From Guillardia theta CCMP2712 (taxonomy: Eukaryota > Protista > Cryptophyta): a stretch of DNA of 64,000 nt. The notes under the pieces were generated by a model. It was not told where the DNA came from. It was given only the letters and a program-made list of their open reading frames with translations, and made no database searches. The number at the start of each line of letters is the position of its first letter. Positions within the stretch are counted from its first letter, which is position 1. The position numbers were made by a program, and so were the translations under genes. Location of the stretch: positions 435,714 through 499,713 of the forward strand of contig NW_005434659.1 of assembly GCF_000315625.1 (NCBI RefSeq), in the 5' to 3' direction. Shown one piece after another: positions 24,331-35,228 of the stretch.

Positions 24331-24930
24331 CCCTGTACTATCACCCCTCGTTCACTTCCCCTCACCGCTTCTCCCTCTTTCCCCATTTTCGTTCTATGCC
24401 CCCGCCAGTAGGAAATCAGTGTCTGAATGTCAATTGGACTCTCCAAATTTGAAATCTAAGAATAATATTTCGAGACAGACAATGGATTTACAGGGGCCGA
24501 ATAAAAAACAAGATGTAAAATCATAGTATGCTTTATATACCACTTCATAAAATAGTTTTAATACAATTTTCCTACAAATCTTGTACTGAAATATTATAAC
24601 ATTTTATTGAATCGTAGTGCAATGGACTGTTTTCAGTCAACCAGCACCGGCGGGTGTGAGGCCCGGCCCGGCCCGGCCCGTTGGCCAGTGACACTTTCCA
24701 GATCTGCCCCTGTTCCATTTTTGCTGTCTTATTCTAAGCTGGTAGTAATACTTTGAGGCGGGCTTGTTCAGCTAGTTCCGTAAAGTTGGATCCGTCCCGA
24801 TATGGCAGTACAGCAGCAGGAGGGAGTCTGCGGCGAAGGAGGGAGGACGGTGAACGTTTGAAGCATGAAGACTTGTCCTCTATCGTGGATGATGAGGAGG
24901 ATAGAGTGAATTGGCGGGCGGCTCAAAGCC

Positions 24931-27900
24931 ATGCCCCTCAAGGTCTTATATGGGAGGCAGAGGTTTCCAGCGTTGCTGCTGCTGTCGCTATCGTCCTTCA
25001 TGCTGGATGTGAGAGGGAAGAGGAGAGAGAGCGGTTCCAACACATCCGTGACTCCTCTTATTCTTCTTGTGGATGTGTACGATACAACTTTCCTGGTCGG
25101 GAGCAAGGACAGGTGTCTGCCAGCATGCAGAGATGGATCGGAAGGCGAGTGCAGGAAGGACCTGGGCAATGACGACGTCACCAGGTTCGGGCTCGGTCAG
25201 AGAAGGATGTTTGGGATAGTGAGAGACAACGGATGCCCCTTTCCTCATCTCAAGTCGATGAAGGAGAGTGCGCTCGCCCAGAACAAGATCTCAGCGGTGA
25301 TCCACACGGATTTTGTGCTCCAGGATGATTACGACGAGTGCAGCTCCGCTGCTCTTGCTCAGAGTCCCTTCGTTGGAGGCCATGAAGTCCTCAACTACAG
25401 CAGTGCGTTGAAAGTAGCCTGGCTGGTAGAGCCGCGGCAGCTCTCCTCCGCTTCATATGCCGTGGCGTCTGCTGCGCGGGAAAAGTTCGATCTCATCTTC
25501 ACGCACATGCAGGAATACGTGAGAGCGGATAGCAGAAAGTTCCGCTTCTGCCCGTTCGGGACGACCTATCTCCGGAGAAAACTCCACAAGATGCACAACA
25601 AGACCAGACGGGTGTCCATCATAGCGTCGAGGAAGGGCTACGACGAGGGAGGGATGGAGGGACACAGGATGCGGCACAATGTCATCCGCTCCTTCTCCTC
25701 GAGGATCGACGGGCTGTTTGCGAGCGGGTACGAGGGAAGCGAGCGAGGATGGCAGGACAACAAGGCGGCGGGGCTGCAGGACTTCATGTTCTCCATCGTT
25801 ATAGAGAATGTGAAGGAGGATTGCTGGTTCACAGAGAAACTTCTCGATTGTTTCCTCACAGGGACGGTTCCAATCTACTGGGGTTGCCCCTCCATCCACG
25901 AGCACTTTGATACCAGGGGGATGATCCTACTCGAGGACGTGAGGGCGCTGGACGAGATCCTCGGCCGTCTCTCTCCGATGCTCTACGACGAGTTGCTCCC
26001 TTTCGCCCGCAGCAACTTCAAGACGGCTCAGCGGCATTACCTGGATCCTCTCCTCTGGATGTGGGAGAGAGAAATCTCTCCCCTGCTCCGTGAAGTGGAG
26101 GAGGGGAGATACCGGCCAGTCAGCCAGGTGCGACCATGCAACGTCTCGCTCACCCCTGCAGAGCAGGAGGAGGACGCCTTAGCTGACTCGGCTGACTTAG
26201 CTGAAAGCCCGGACTTGATCATCCTCTTGCTAGTAGATAGGGAAGTCAGCCGGCACTTCCTCGCGCGGACGTTGGAGAGCATCCTTGGACAATCCTACGA
26301 GGGATGGAGGTGTATAGTGGCCGCGAACAATGCGAGTCTTCAGGACGTGCGACATGTAATGGAGGAACTGAATGTTGCCGTCGACACAGGCGGCAAATTT
26401 ACACTGCATGTATCCGGGAAGGGAGACAGGGAGGAGTACTCGCCTATCTACCACATCCTGTACTCACTGGAAACATTGCAAGACTCCGATGTCGTCCTCC
26501 TCCTCCAGGGGGGCGACTGGCTGCACGGGCGACGATCGTTGTGGGAGATCGCGAGGGCATACCGAGGAAACGTCTGGCTCACCTACGGCAGGGCGATTGA
26601 ATACCCGTCCGGAAAGGTTCAGGCTCATGTGCGAGGGATGAGCGAGGAAGAGGTGAAGGGCAACAGAGCCCGCTACATCGGCCACTGGACTTTCGGTCCT
26701 CCGTACTCCTTCAAGGTGTGACACGTGGGAGGAGGAGGAGGAGGGAAGTGACTGTGGATCCTTAGGTTGGTCTCGTTCGCGGCATCCACACTCACGACTT
26801 GACGTCCAACCTCAACCGCGACGTCCTGTTGACCTCCCTGTTCGATCGCGGCAAGCCAGAGCACGTCAAACTCGACGAGATGTACATGCAGAGCAGGGTA
26901 GACTTCAAGTCTCAGCGCAAGTTCGTAGATACCTTCCTCCCGCCCCCGGTGTGGGAGCCTGCGCTAATCTGGCCCCTCGTAGAGGTGAAGATGAGGTGCA
27001 TTGCGAAAGTTCCCTCTGATGGAGGACGAAGATGGCAGGTCGCCACGTCCTCTACCTCGATCGGATCGTCTACGTCTTCAACGTCCTCACGAGGAAGGAG
27101 CTCCACCGGCACTCCGGCATCTTCGGCCATCCGGCGGTCAGCATGGTGAAGCTAGAGCATACGACAAGAGTGGAGGGAGGAGGATGAGGAGAGCCTGGCA
27201 GGTGCGAGGACTTCCTCGATACACTCCGCTTGTTCCCCTCCATGCTCATGAGGGGAAGGTCTGCTCAAGGTCCTGTCATCCTCCTCTTAAGCACGTGTAG
27301 GTCAAGTGGCTGCAGCCGAGAGATGGTGAGATCTTGGTTGTGGAGGAGCTCTGCCAGGTGAGGACAAGGGAGGAGAAGCTATCCCCTTGCTAACTCTCCC
27401 TCCCTCCTCCCTCCTCCCTCCTCCCTCCTCCCTCCTCCCTCCTCCCTCCTCCCTCCTCCCTCTCTCTCTGTCTCGAAAGGACGGAGGAGACTGCAGTATC
27501 GTGATGGAGGTGGAGACGACATCCCTCGACATTCCCTGGCAAGGCTGCTTGAGAGGCTGGTTGAATCTCTTCCCCATCTTGGAGATCTGCTCTGCTCAGT
27601 TCCATGGGAAAATCTCCATCCTCAGCCTTCCATCGGGCGCCTACAACCTCGAGCTTCAATTCATCCCGAACCCGGACTCTCATCTGCAGCAAAGAGAGAT
27701 TGAGGACAAGCTCACCTTCTACGTGAGGAGAGCGCACGAGGTACCTTCCCCCCGCCTTCCCCTTGCCCCCTCTCCACCACACGCTCCACCTGACATCGTT
27801 TCGTGTACTGATTTCGACTATAGCCAGCCACCGTCATGGATGTTTTCCCAGGTACCTTTGCTTTCCCTCATTGCCCCCTCCCCTGCTTCGCGATTCCTCT

Positions 27901-28002
27901 ACCCACATTTCGAACGTTTTGATGGAGCGAGCAGAAGTTGAATTCAATCAAGTCATCGAACAACCAGAGTTCCGAGCGCCAAGGGTCAGGTGGGTTGAGT
28001 AA
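24931..28002 (+). CDS. Secretory glycosyltransferase fusion: GT10 (alpha-1,3-fucosyltransferase-like) domain plus GT2-like domain
   Basis: Hydrophobic N-terminus (FPALLLLSLSSF). GT10 motif FSIVIENVKEDCWFTEKLLDCFLTGTVPIYWG. GT2-like LARTLESILGQSYEGWRCIV...VVLLLQGGDWL...VWLTYG. 3' exons are approximate. Confidence 0.75.
27397..27462. repeat. (CCTCCCT)n heptamer repeat in an intron
   Basis: About 8 copies visible. Confidence 0.85.
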
Positions 28003-28153
28003 ACAATGTCGAGAAGCGAAAATGATTTATTCAAGCAAAATGAACTCTCAACGGATCCCTCGAACAACGATCAAAGCCTTAAACATTACAAACAGAAGCT
28101 CCAGCTTGAAGAAACAGCTGTCATCTCGCACAAGCAATCATCACACTTTCACT

Positions 28154-28624
28154 CTAGTTGGCCATGTCCTTCATATCAATAACCTGCTCCTTGCCCATGG
28201 CAATGAGGACAGTTACAAGAGTGTCGGTTCCCGCGTCGAAGCGCTCCTGGAGCTTCTTGGAGATGGTCTCATCCTCAGGAAGCTTCAAGTCGTCGCGCAT
28301 ATCGCCGTCCTTGGTCATGAGACTCAAGAACCCGTCCTCGCTAATGTCGCAAAGCTGGTACTCAGCACGGGTGACGATGGGCTCGGACAGCTGGGCAGAG
28401 GCAGGGCAGATAGCTTCGTACTTCTTCGAAGTGAAGATGTCGATGCCGACGAAGTGACACTTGGCTGCTCCGTGCTTTCCAACCTTAGCCTTGGACACGT
28501 CGACGATCTTGCAGGGCTGTCCCTTGATCACAAGGAAGCCTCCCTTGCGAGCAGCTCCTGCTTCGATGGGGGTGCAGTCAGCCGCCCCGGAGTCAGCCGC
28601 ATCATAATCATCATCGGAAGACAT
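28154..28624 (-). CDS. eIF5A: Translation factor eIF5A (156 aa, intronless CDS)
   Basis: RKGGFLVIKGQPCKIVDVSKAKVGKHGAAKCHFVGIDIFTSKKYE...EYQLCDISEDGFLSLM matches eIF5A over its full length. Confidence 0.95.
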   Translation of the reverse strand: MSSDDDYDAADSGAADCTPIEAGAARKGGFLVIKGQPCKIVDVSKAKVGKHGAAKCHFVGIDIFTSKKYEAICPASAQLSEPIVTRAEYQLCDISEDGFLSLMTKDGDMRDDLKLPEDETISKKLQERFDAGTDTLVTVLIAMGKEQVIDMKDMAN

Positions 28625-29914
28625 CCTGTAATTATAAGGGTGAGAAACTTTATCGCAACTCAAACATTCAGTAGCAAGAAGCTTAAACCCATGAATTTGA
28701 TTCTCTGCAATGCTCGTGGAAACTATTTCTTCCAAGGAAATCACAGCTAAAAGTGCGTGCAAATTGACATCAATGATTGAATGGATATGGAATCTCACAA
28801 ACTAACATCCTTAGCGTGTCGCAGCTGAAGAAAGGCGAACTATTCAAGTATCAAGCTGCGAACAAGCAAATTTTGATGTGTGGTTTGTGAACGAACAGTT
28901 TTCAGACGAAATTGAAAACAAGAAAGATTGCATGAGCAGGTAGGCATGGGAAAAACGATCCTAAAATAGGTGAGATCGAGGAAGAGCACAAAAACAAGGG
29001 AGCGCTGTCCACGCTTACAAAAGGCAAAGGATCGTTGTGAAATGGTTCAAGATGGTCATAACTTCGATGACAACGTAGTGCTAGATCTGTGCAATCACAA
29101 GATAAGAGGAGAGAGAGAGAGGGACCAGGAGGATCAGAGCAGGCAGAGCAGGAGGAGCAGGTGGGGCAGGCAGAGCAGGAGGAGCAGGAGGGGCAGGAGG
29201 CAGGAGGAGCCATTGCAAGAAGAAGCGCCATGTCAGAGGCTGCCGTCACGTGAATGGCCTGCATCACCCCACCCCTGTCTTTGTCATCTCAATGGATTGC
29301 CACCCTACCATATTTTCCCCTACCCTATGTTTTTGTACCCCTATGTTTTCAGTACCCCAATTTAGCTATTTGAAATAGGGGTGATGGTCTTTCACAAACC
29401 CTACCATCGATCCCATACAACACCTCTACCCACCTCGATTGGATGGAACCCCAATTTTTATCCCTACCCCTGCCATGCTTTTCTATTACCCCGTCCTTCT
29501 CCCATCCCTGATCATCCCTGCAAATAAGTACCCCACCCTCTTTCTCCGATGCTCAGAACCCCACCATCCCTACCTCATGACCCAATTTACCACCCCTGCC
29601 ACGGGACCTTACCTCTGAAGGCCCCACCCCTAGAACAGGAAAAGTACCCCTACCTTCCTCTGACTGTAGGTACCTTTGGTTTATTTTTGACAGAGCTACG
29701 TTAGAGTTCTGTACACCTGCCCCTCACCCCTGGTACCCCCTACCCCCAATTACAAGCTCAAACTACCCCCTGCATACCATTTGCTTAGATGATCTAGGAC
29801 CTCATCCCCAAGCAGCCCGGGCCCGGTCTGATAGGCTGCACTCATGGCTGCACTACTGAAGGCTGTCTGAAAGCCCGGGCAATTTTAAGATTTGACCAGA
29901 GATTGACCACAATA

Positions 29915-31397
29915 ATGCTCAGGCGTGCGGTGGCGACGGCGGCGGCGGCCATGGCGGCGGCATGTGGCTCTTTCAGCGAGGGTTCAGACCATGCTGTGCG
30001 TGTGGGAGGAGGAAGAGCCCTAGCCCATGGGATTCTCTTTGCGTCATCCAACGGTGCTGGAGCAAGGGGGATCAGAACGATGTCTGGACTAGACCACGAG
30101 GAGCAATGGGCTCTTGGGGGGTTTGACGCGCTAGGACATGATACTGGGCTGGAGGATGTGTGTCCTGACGTCCATGAGATGTTCGTCTACTTCGATCAGA
30201 CATACTTCAACGGGATGCTGCAGAGAAATGCTGTGATGGTCGAGTGGAGTCGGCGGATGACCCTGTGCGCTGGACAGTGCTCCTACCGGGGAAGAGAATC
30301 GCTCTGTAGGATAGCTCTGTCAGAGCCTCTTCTCAAGTACAGGACGAGCAAAGAAGTGAAAGAAACACTCTTGCACGAGATGATCCATGCATGGCAGTTC
30401 GTTACCGACGGAAACCGCGACAGGGAGGACCATGGCCCGAAGTTTCTCGGGAAGATGGAAGAGATCAACGGAGGGGCGAAGCGCGACATGTATGCAAATG
30501 ACGTCTCATCATGATGTTGATGCTGGAGGATATGACGCTCTTGCTCCCTCAGCTACAGGCCGCAGGCTGGATACGCAGTCGCTGTCTACCACACCTTCCA
30601 CCAGGAGGTGAACTTTCACCGGCAGGTACGACTGCGCATGCGGTACCTGGGAGGTTCGACCTGATGGTGGGGGCTGGGCAGCACTGGTGGCAATGCTTCT
30701 CGTGCGGCAAGCAGGTGAGAAGGTCGATGAATCGACCGCCGTCGGAGAAGGACTGCAGGTGCCCTCATGAATCTTGGCCTCCCCGGCTCTGAACGTGGTT
30801 GTCGACGCAAGGCTGTACCGGAAGAACAAGAAGACGGTCAGTTGCTCTGATCCGAGGTGACGTGCGATCTCTGTTCCATGTTACTCCACTGGGATGACGG
30901 CAAGGGAGGCAGATGCCTGTGGCACGTGCACGAGGCTACTTGCGGACAGCCTTTCACCAAGACCAGGAGCCCGTCACCGCCGAAGAAGAAGAACTGCAGG
31001 TTCTTGGCGCTCCACTGCCATGCCTGTGAGTGAGCGCGTGCTGGTGCAGGGGAAAGGATGCGAGAAGGATTGCGAAGAGCGAGAGCTCGACATGTAGCAG
31101 AGAGTCGACAAGACAGTCCGACCAGCAGCCATCAGTGGCAAACTCAGGCTGGCAAGAGGGTGATGGTGGTGGTGATGGTGAGAATGATCTGAGGCCGGGA
31201 GGATGAAGACTGATTTCTTTGGAGCAGAGACAACGGTAGAGAGCGTGGAGGTTGCATGCCCTGTATGCACCCGAAGGTTTCCTGATGAGGTCAGGCCGAC
31301 AGATGAATGGGGGATGGGGACTGAACAATACATTCAGAGAGATGTTATGGCGCATATCGACATGTGTTTAGCTAGACAAAAATTGTGTTCAAGATGA
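29915..31397 (+). CDS. SPRTN: SprT-like DNA-protein crosslink protease (Spartan) with C-terminal UBZ zinc finger; multi-exon
   Basis: VEWSRRMTLCAG, IALSEPLLK, TLLHEMIHA (HExxH), HGPKF, VYHTFHQEV, HWWQC, RRSMNRPPS. C-terminal CPVC...MAHIDMCL. Start may instead be at 30080. Confidence 0.88.
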
Positions 31398-31467
31398 GAA
31401 CTCTAGGAGTCTCTGCGCGATGGGGAAGAGCACAAAAGGTTGTGTTAACAGACGGAGGAGACGGCTC

Positions 31468-33906
31468 CTACAGTCTTGATCGTTTCGATGTATCATAGTA
31501 AACTGGCCCTTCTTTGAGCAGAAAGACCTGAAGTTGTGAAGGTCAACTTTCACAAGGATTGCACTAGAGATATCAAGACTCTACCTTCATGCCATGAGAC
31601 CAAATGGTGAAGTAAACATCCCAAATGATACTCCTGCAAGCCGTCAGCGAGCAGGACTGTGTCGACCAGCCCGCCCTACCTGACGTCGAAGTCGAAGAAG
31701 TACATATCCTCCCAAGACATGGCCTTCAGGACCGTGTACATGTTCTCCGACTCGAAAAACCACTGCCAACAAGCAGATCAGCATCCCCTCGTGCTCCTCC
31801 CGGCTCTGCCGACCTCGTTCATGGTGAAGTACTTGAGCACACCAAGGGCGTCCTTGATCTTCTTCATCGTCCTCGCCGCATCTGCCTTGCCCCCCTGCCA
31901 CGTCCCATCCTCACCGCTGCTCTCTGGCAGTTTCCACAGACCTTGAGCCTTGAAACAACGTCATGCGCCACCGCTGGGAGCTGATGCAGCAACAAGTCCA
32001 GCAGCCGGTAGACCGTCGAGCTCCTGGTCCACCTACATCTCCTTTAGCGACAGCAGAGGAGGAGGTGGTGGATTGGGAGGGGAAGGAACTGGGGGCAGGA
32101 TGGTGGAGGCGAGGGGGAAGGCTGTGGGAGACCTGAAGAAGATGGGTCCTCGGCTCTTGTCAGTCGGGTGTCTGTGGTAGTAGCCGGGCATGGCTTCGAG
32201 CATGAACTTCCAAGGGATGGGATTCCTTCCTGAGCTGCCGATGTTGACTATCTTGAGAGAAGATCGGCCTCCAGTGAAAGTCAGTGATTGTGAACGAGAC
32301 AATTCTAGAGAAAGAAATTCTAGAGTTGGGGAGGGGGAGGGAGGAATGCAAGGAGGAGGAGGAGGAAACGGAGAAGGTAAAAGAATCAAAGATGGAATTT
32401 TGACACACCCAAACTTCCTTCCTTCCCAGACGAGACAAACCATGCACAAGAAAGCATGCAGTTGACGACAAAATCGACAGGAATGAAGTCCACAACAAAG
32501 TCATCTCGGCCAGGAGCTACGTGTAGGACCCCAGCTGGAGGGAGCTATGGTCAGTGTCCGGCAGCGTCACAAGGCAACTTTACAACCTGCAACTGCCAAG
32601 ACCAGCCCCGTGGGCCCCACAAGAGTATCAATCCACCCTGACACTCCTGTCAGCCCTCCCTCCCTCCCTCTCCCTCCTCCCTCCTCCCTTCCCCTCCTCC
32701 CTCCCCAACATCCTCCCCCTTCCAACTCCCTCCTCTCATCGCGCCGTGGCTCTGCACCTGGCTCAGGCTCCTTGTACGCACAGGTGACGATGGTCGGCCT
32801 TACGATCAGGTAGGGGAGGCTGATCATTAGAGTCACCGAGTGAGCGGCAGGAGCAGGAAAAGAGCGTCGGGTCTCACCTCTCGCCAAGATCACGTAGGAC
32901 CAGCTCTCCGATACACCTGTGCGAGTTTCCTCACCGTCAGCGCTGCTGGCTCGCCTTGCTCAAGGAGGTCGTACTTGGTCAGGCAGTAGGAGTTGGGCCA
33001 GTGCCCGGAGGATTCGAGGATTTCCTCCGTCATCGCGCTGACTTCCTCTCTCGACATCTTGTCCACCCGCGACTTGAGCTGCCAGTAATCCGCAGGTACC
33101 GACCTGCCCGAACAGTTGACATCCAGCAAACACAACACAACACAAAGTAAGGACAAAGCAAAGGACGGAGTAAAGGCAACGTAAGGACAAAGTAAGGACA
33201 AAGTAAAGCTGGGACTACTCCCACTCTTCCCACCTGAACTCTTCCGGTATGACGTGGTTGGCTCTGACCGGTGCATTGACGTAGGCAGTGGAGACGTGGA
33301 TCAGGGCCTCTAGCTTCTTGATGCTGCCATGAAGGAGCTCTCACCAGCCTCCTCCTCCTCCTCCCCTGTTCTTCTCACCTCTTGCAGATATCAACGAGGT
33401 GGATCATACTGTCCACGTTGATCTTGAAGGCAGTCTTGAGGTGCTCGTTGAAGTTGATGGTAGCAGCGCAATGGAACACATAGTTGACATGCTCCTTCAC
33501 CAGCATGAAGTCCTCCTCCGACATGCCAAACCTTGGCAGGCAGACGTCGCCCTGCACGGCCCTGCACTTGCTCAGAGATTCTGGCCTGACACGACGGAGC
33601 TGGTTGAAACAAGAGGAAGGAAAAATCTCCTCCTGCAAACGTCGCTGGGCGGCGCTGCCGTTCTTGGTGTTTGACCGCAGCAACACGTACACCGTCTCTA
33701 CCTCTGGGCAGCATCGGAGGATCTTCTCGAGAAGAGCCTGACCCCCACCAATCATTGACCGTCACCATGCCTCTCCTCCTTGTTACCTTGCCAAGAAATC
33801 CCGAGCATCCAGTGATGAGGACGCTGCTGCCTGAGAACTGCGACCTGACCCTGGACCCATGGCTGACATCTCCTCTGCCTTTCTCCTTCATGTCTGACTG
33901 TGTCAT
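31468..33906 (-). CDS. FAR: Fatty acyl-CoA reductase (alcohol-forming; NAD_binding_4 + Sterile domains); multi-exon; ends in SRL
   Basis: VLITGCSGFLGK, ALLEKILRCCP, VFHCAATINF, HVSTAY, WPNSYCLTK (YxxxK), IVRPTIVT, GWIDTL. Last exons FDVR|SIIWDVYFTIWSHGMK|VFLLKEGPVYYDTSKRSRL*. Confidence 0.9.
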
Positions 33907-35228
33907 CGACGACAGGATCGGTTCCACATACGCCTTTTGCTCTGCACGCCCCTTGTTCTGACTCCCCCCTCCACTCTCTCCCCTCCTGCCCCTACTCCTC
34001 CTGCCTCTCCTCCTCCCTCCCTGCCTTCCGCTGCCACCCCTTCCTCTTCCTCAGGTATCAGTCACTCCTCGACGACCTGCCCATCACAGCGGCGATCTGC
34101 GAGCATCCCGAGAAAATCAGGATTCTCGACTCCCAGCCTCACAGATAGATCAGGCGCAAGGATGCGCCGCACCAGGCGCTGCACCTATCCGAGCATGTCC
34201 TGACTGACATCGAGGGGCTCGAGGAATGTGCTGACCTTCTTGTATGGCGTGACAAGCGACATCACCGGGAGGTAGAGGGAGGGGAACACGCGCTATGGTA
34301 GCGAAAGCACGGATGAGGAAGCGCTTGATGTTAGGGAGGACACGATGGCGATGTCGGATAGCAGCAGCAGCAGCCTCCACTGCGTCAAGAGAGGGAGCGG
34401 GTGTTTGGGGGGGGGGGGGGGGGGGGGAACAAGTGAAGATCCACGTTGCACTTTTGATTCGTACACGTTTGCAGTCTCGCACTCAAGATAAAGTCTATGT
34501 CTTGCCGTACCTGATATGAAATATGATGTGGATGCAACAGTTGTCTTTCATCAGATTAGCGCTGATCTTTTAGCGCTATTCTGATGAAGCGCCCAGCGGT
34601 CCCAGTCTTCCCGCAATCGACTTAGTCTTTCTGCCATTCGTCCATCATTGATATCGTTTACAAACCTTTTCTTGTTGGCTGGCTGAAATGAGAGGAACCC
34701 TAAGGTGTCCATGCTAGTGTAAAAAGAATGATTCGCTTGAGGTTCTGGATGACAGACGTTCATGTACAGAATCTGCTCATGTTTGATTGCATGCTGATCG
34801 TAATGGATGCCCTGGAAATCTTCAGTCGTATGAATAAAACCTGTTGCTCGCTTACATATTACTTGGTTTGCCGATGTGATTTGCAGAAAACAAGTGTATT
34901 CAAAATGATTCTTCAAGTCTACAACCATTCAGGGCTTCTGCCATGTGGAACAATGATGTTTGAGCCTGTCACACCGTCGAGCATGCAAATACACACATTT
35001 ACATCAGGTCTCTCAGATTATCATATCAACATTCAGCCCGCTATCGTAAGGACATTAGGGTTATCAGCATTCTTTAATGGGCTTATCAAAAATGCACTCT
35101 TTTCAACGACATCAATACGTGCATTCTGTAAAGATCTAGTCCTTAGCTTGTCGAAAGCGATTGCCTACACGTCAAATCAAATCTCATCTAGCGAGTACTG
35201 CTGCTTTACGTCTCCTTACCTTTGTCCG

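Noticed and set aside
27938-28750. 270-aa + strand ORF
   Set aside because: Antisense shadow of eIF5A.
28902-29365. CxxC-rich, metallothionein-looking ORF (CPSCSSCSAC)
   Set aside because: Arises from a GAGCAG/GCAGG simple repeat.
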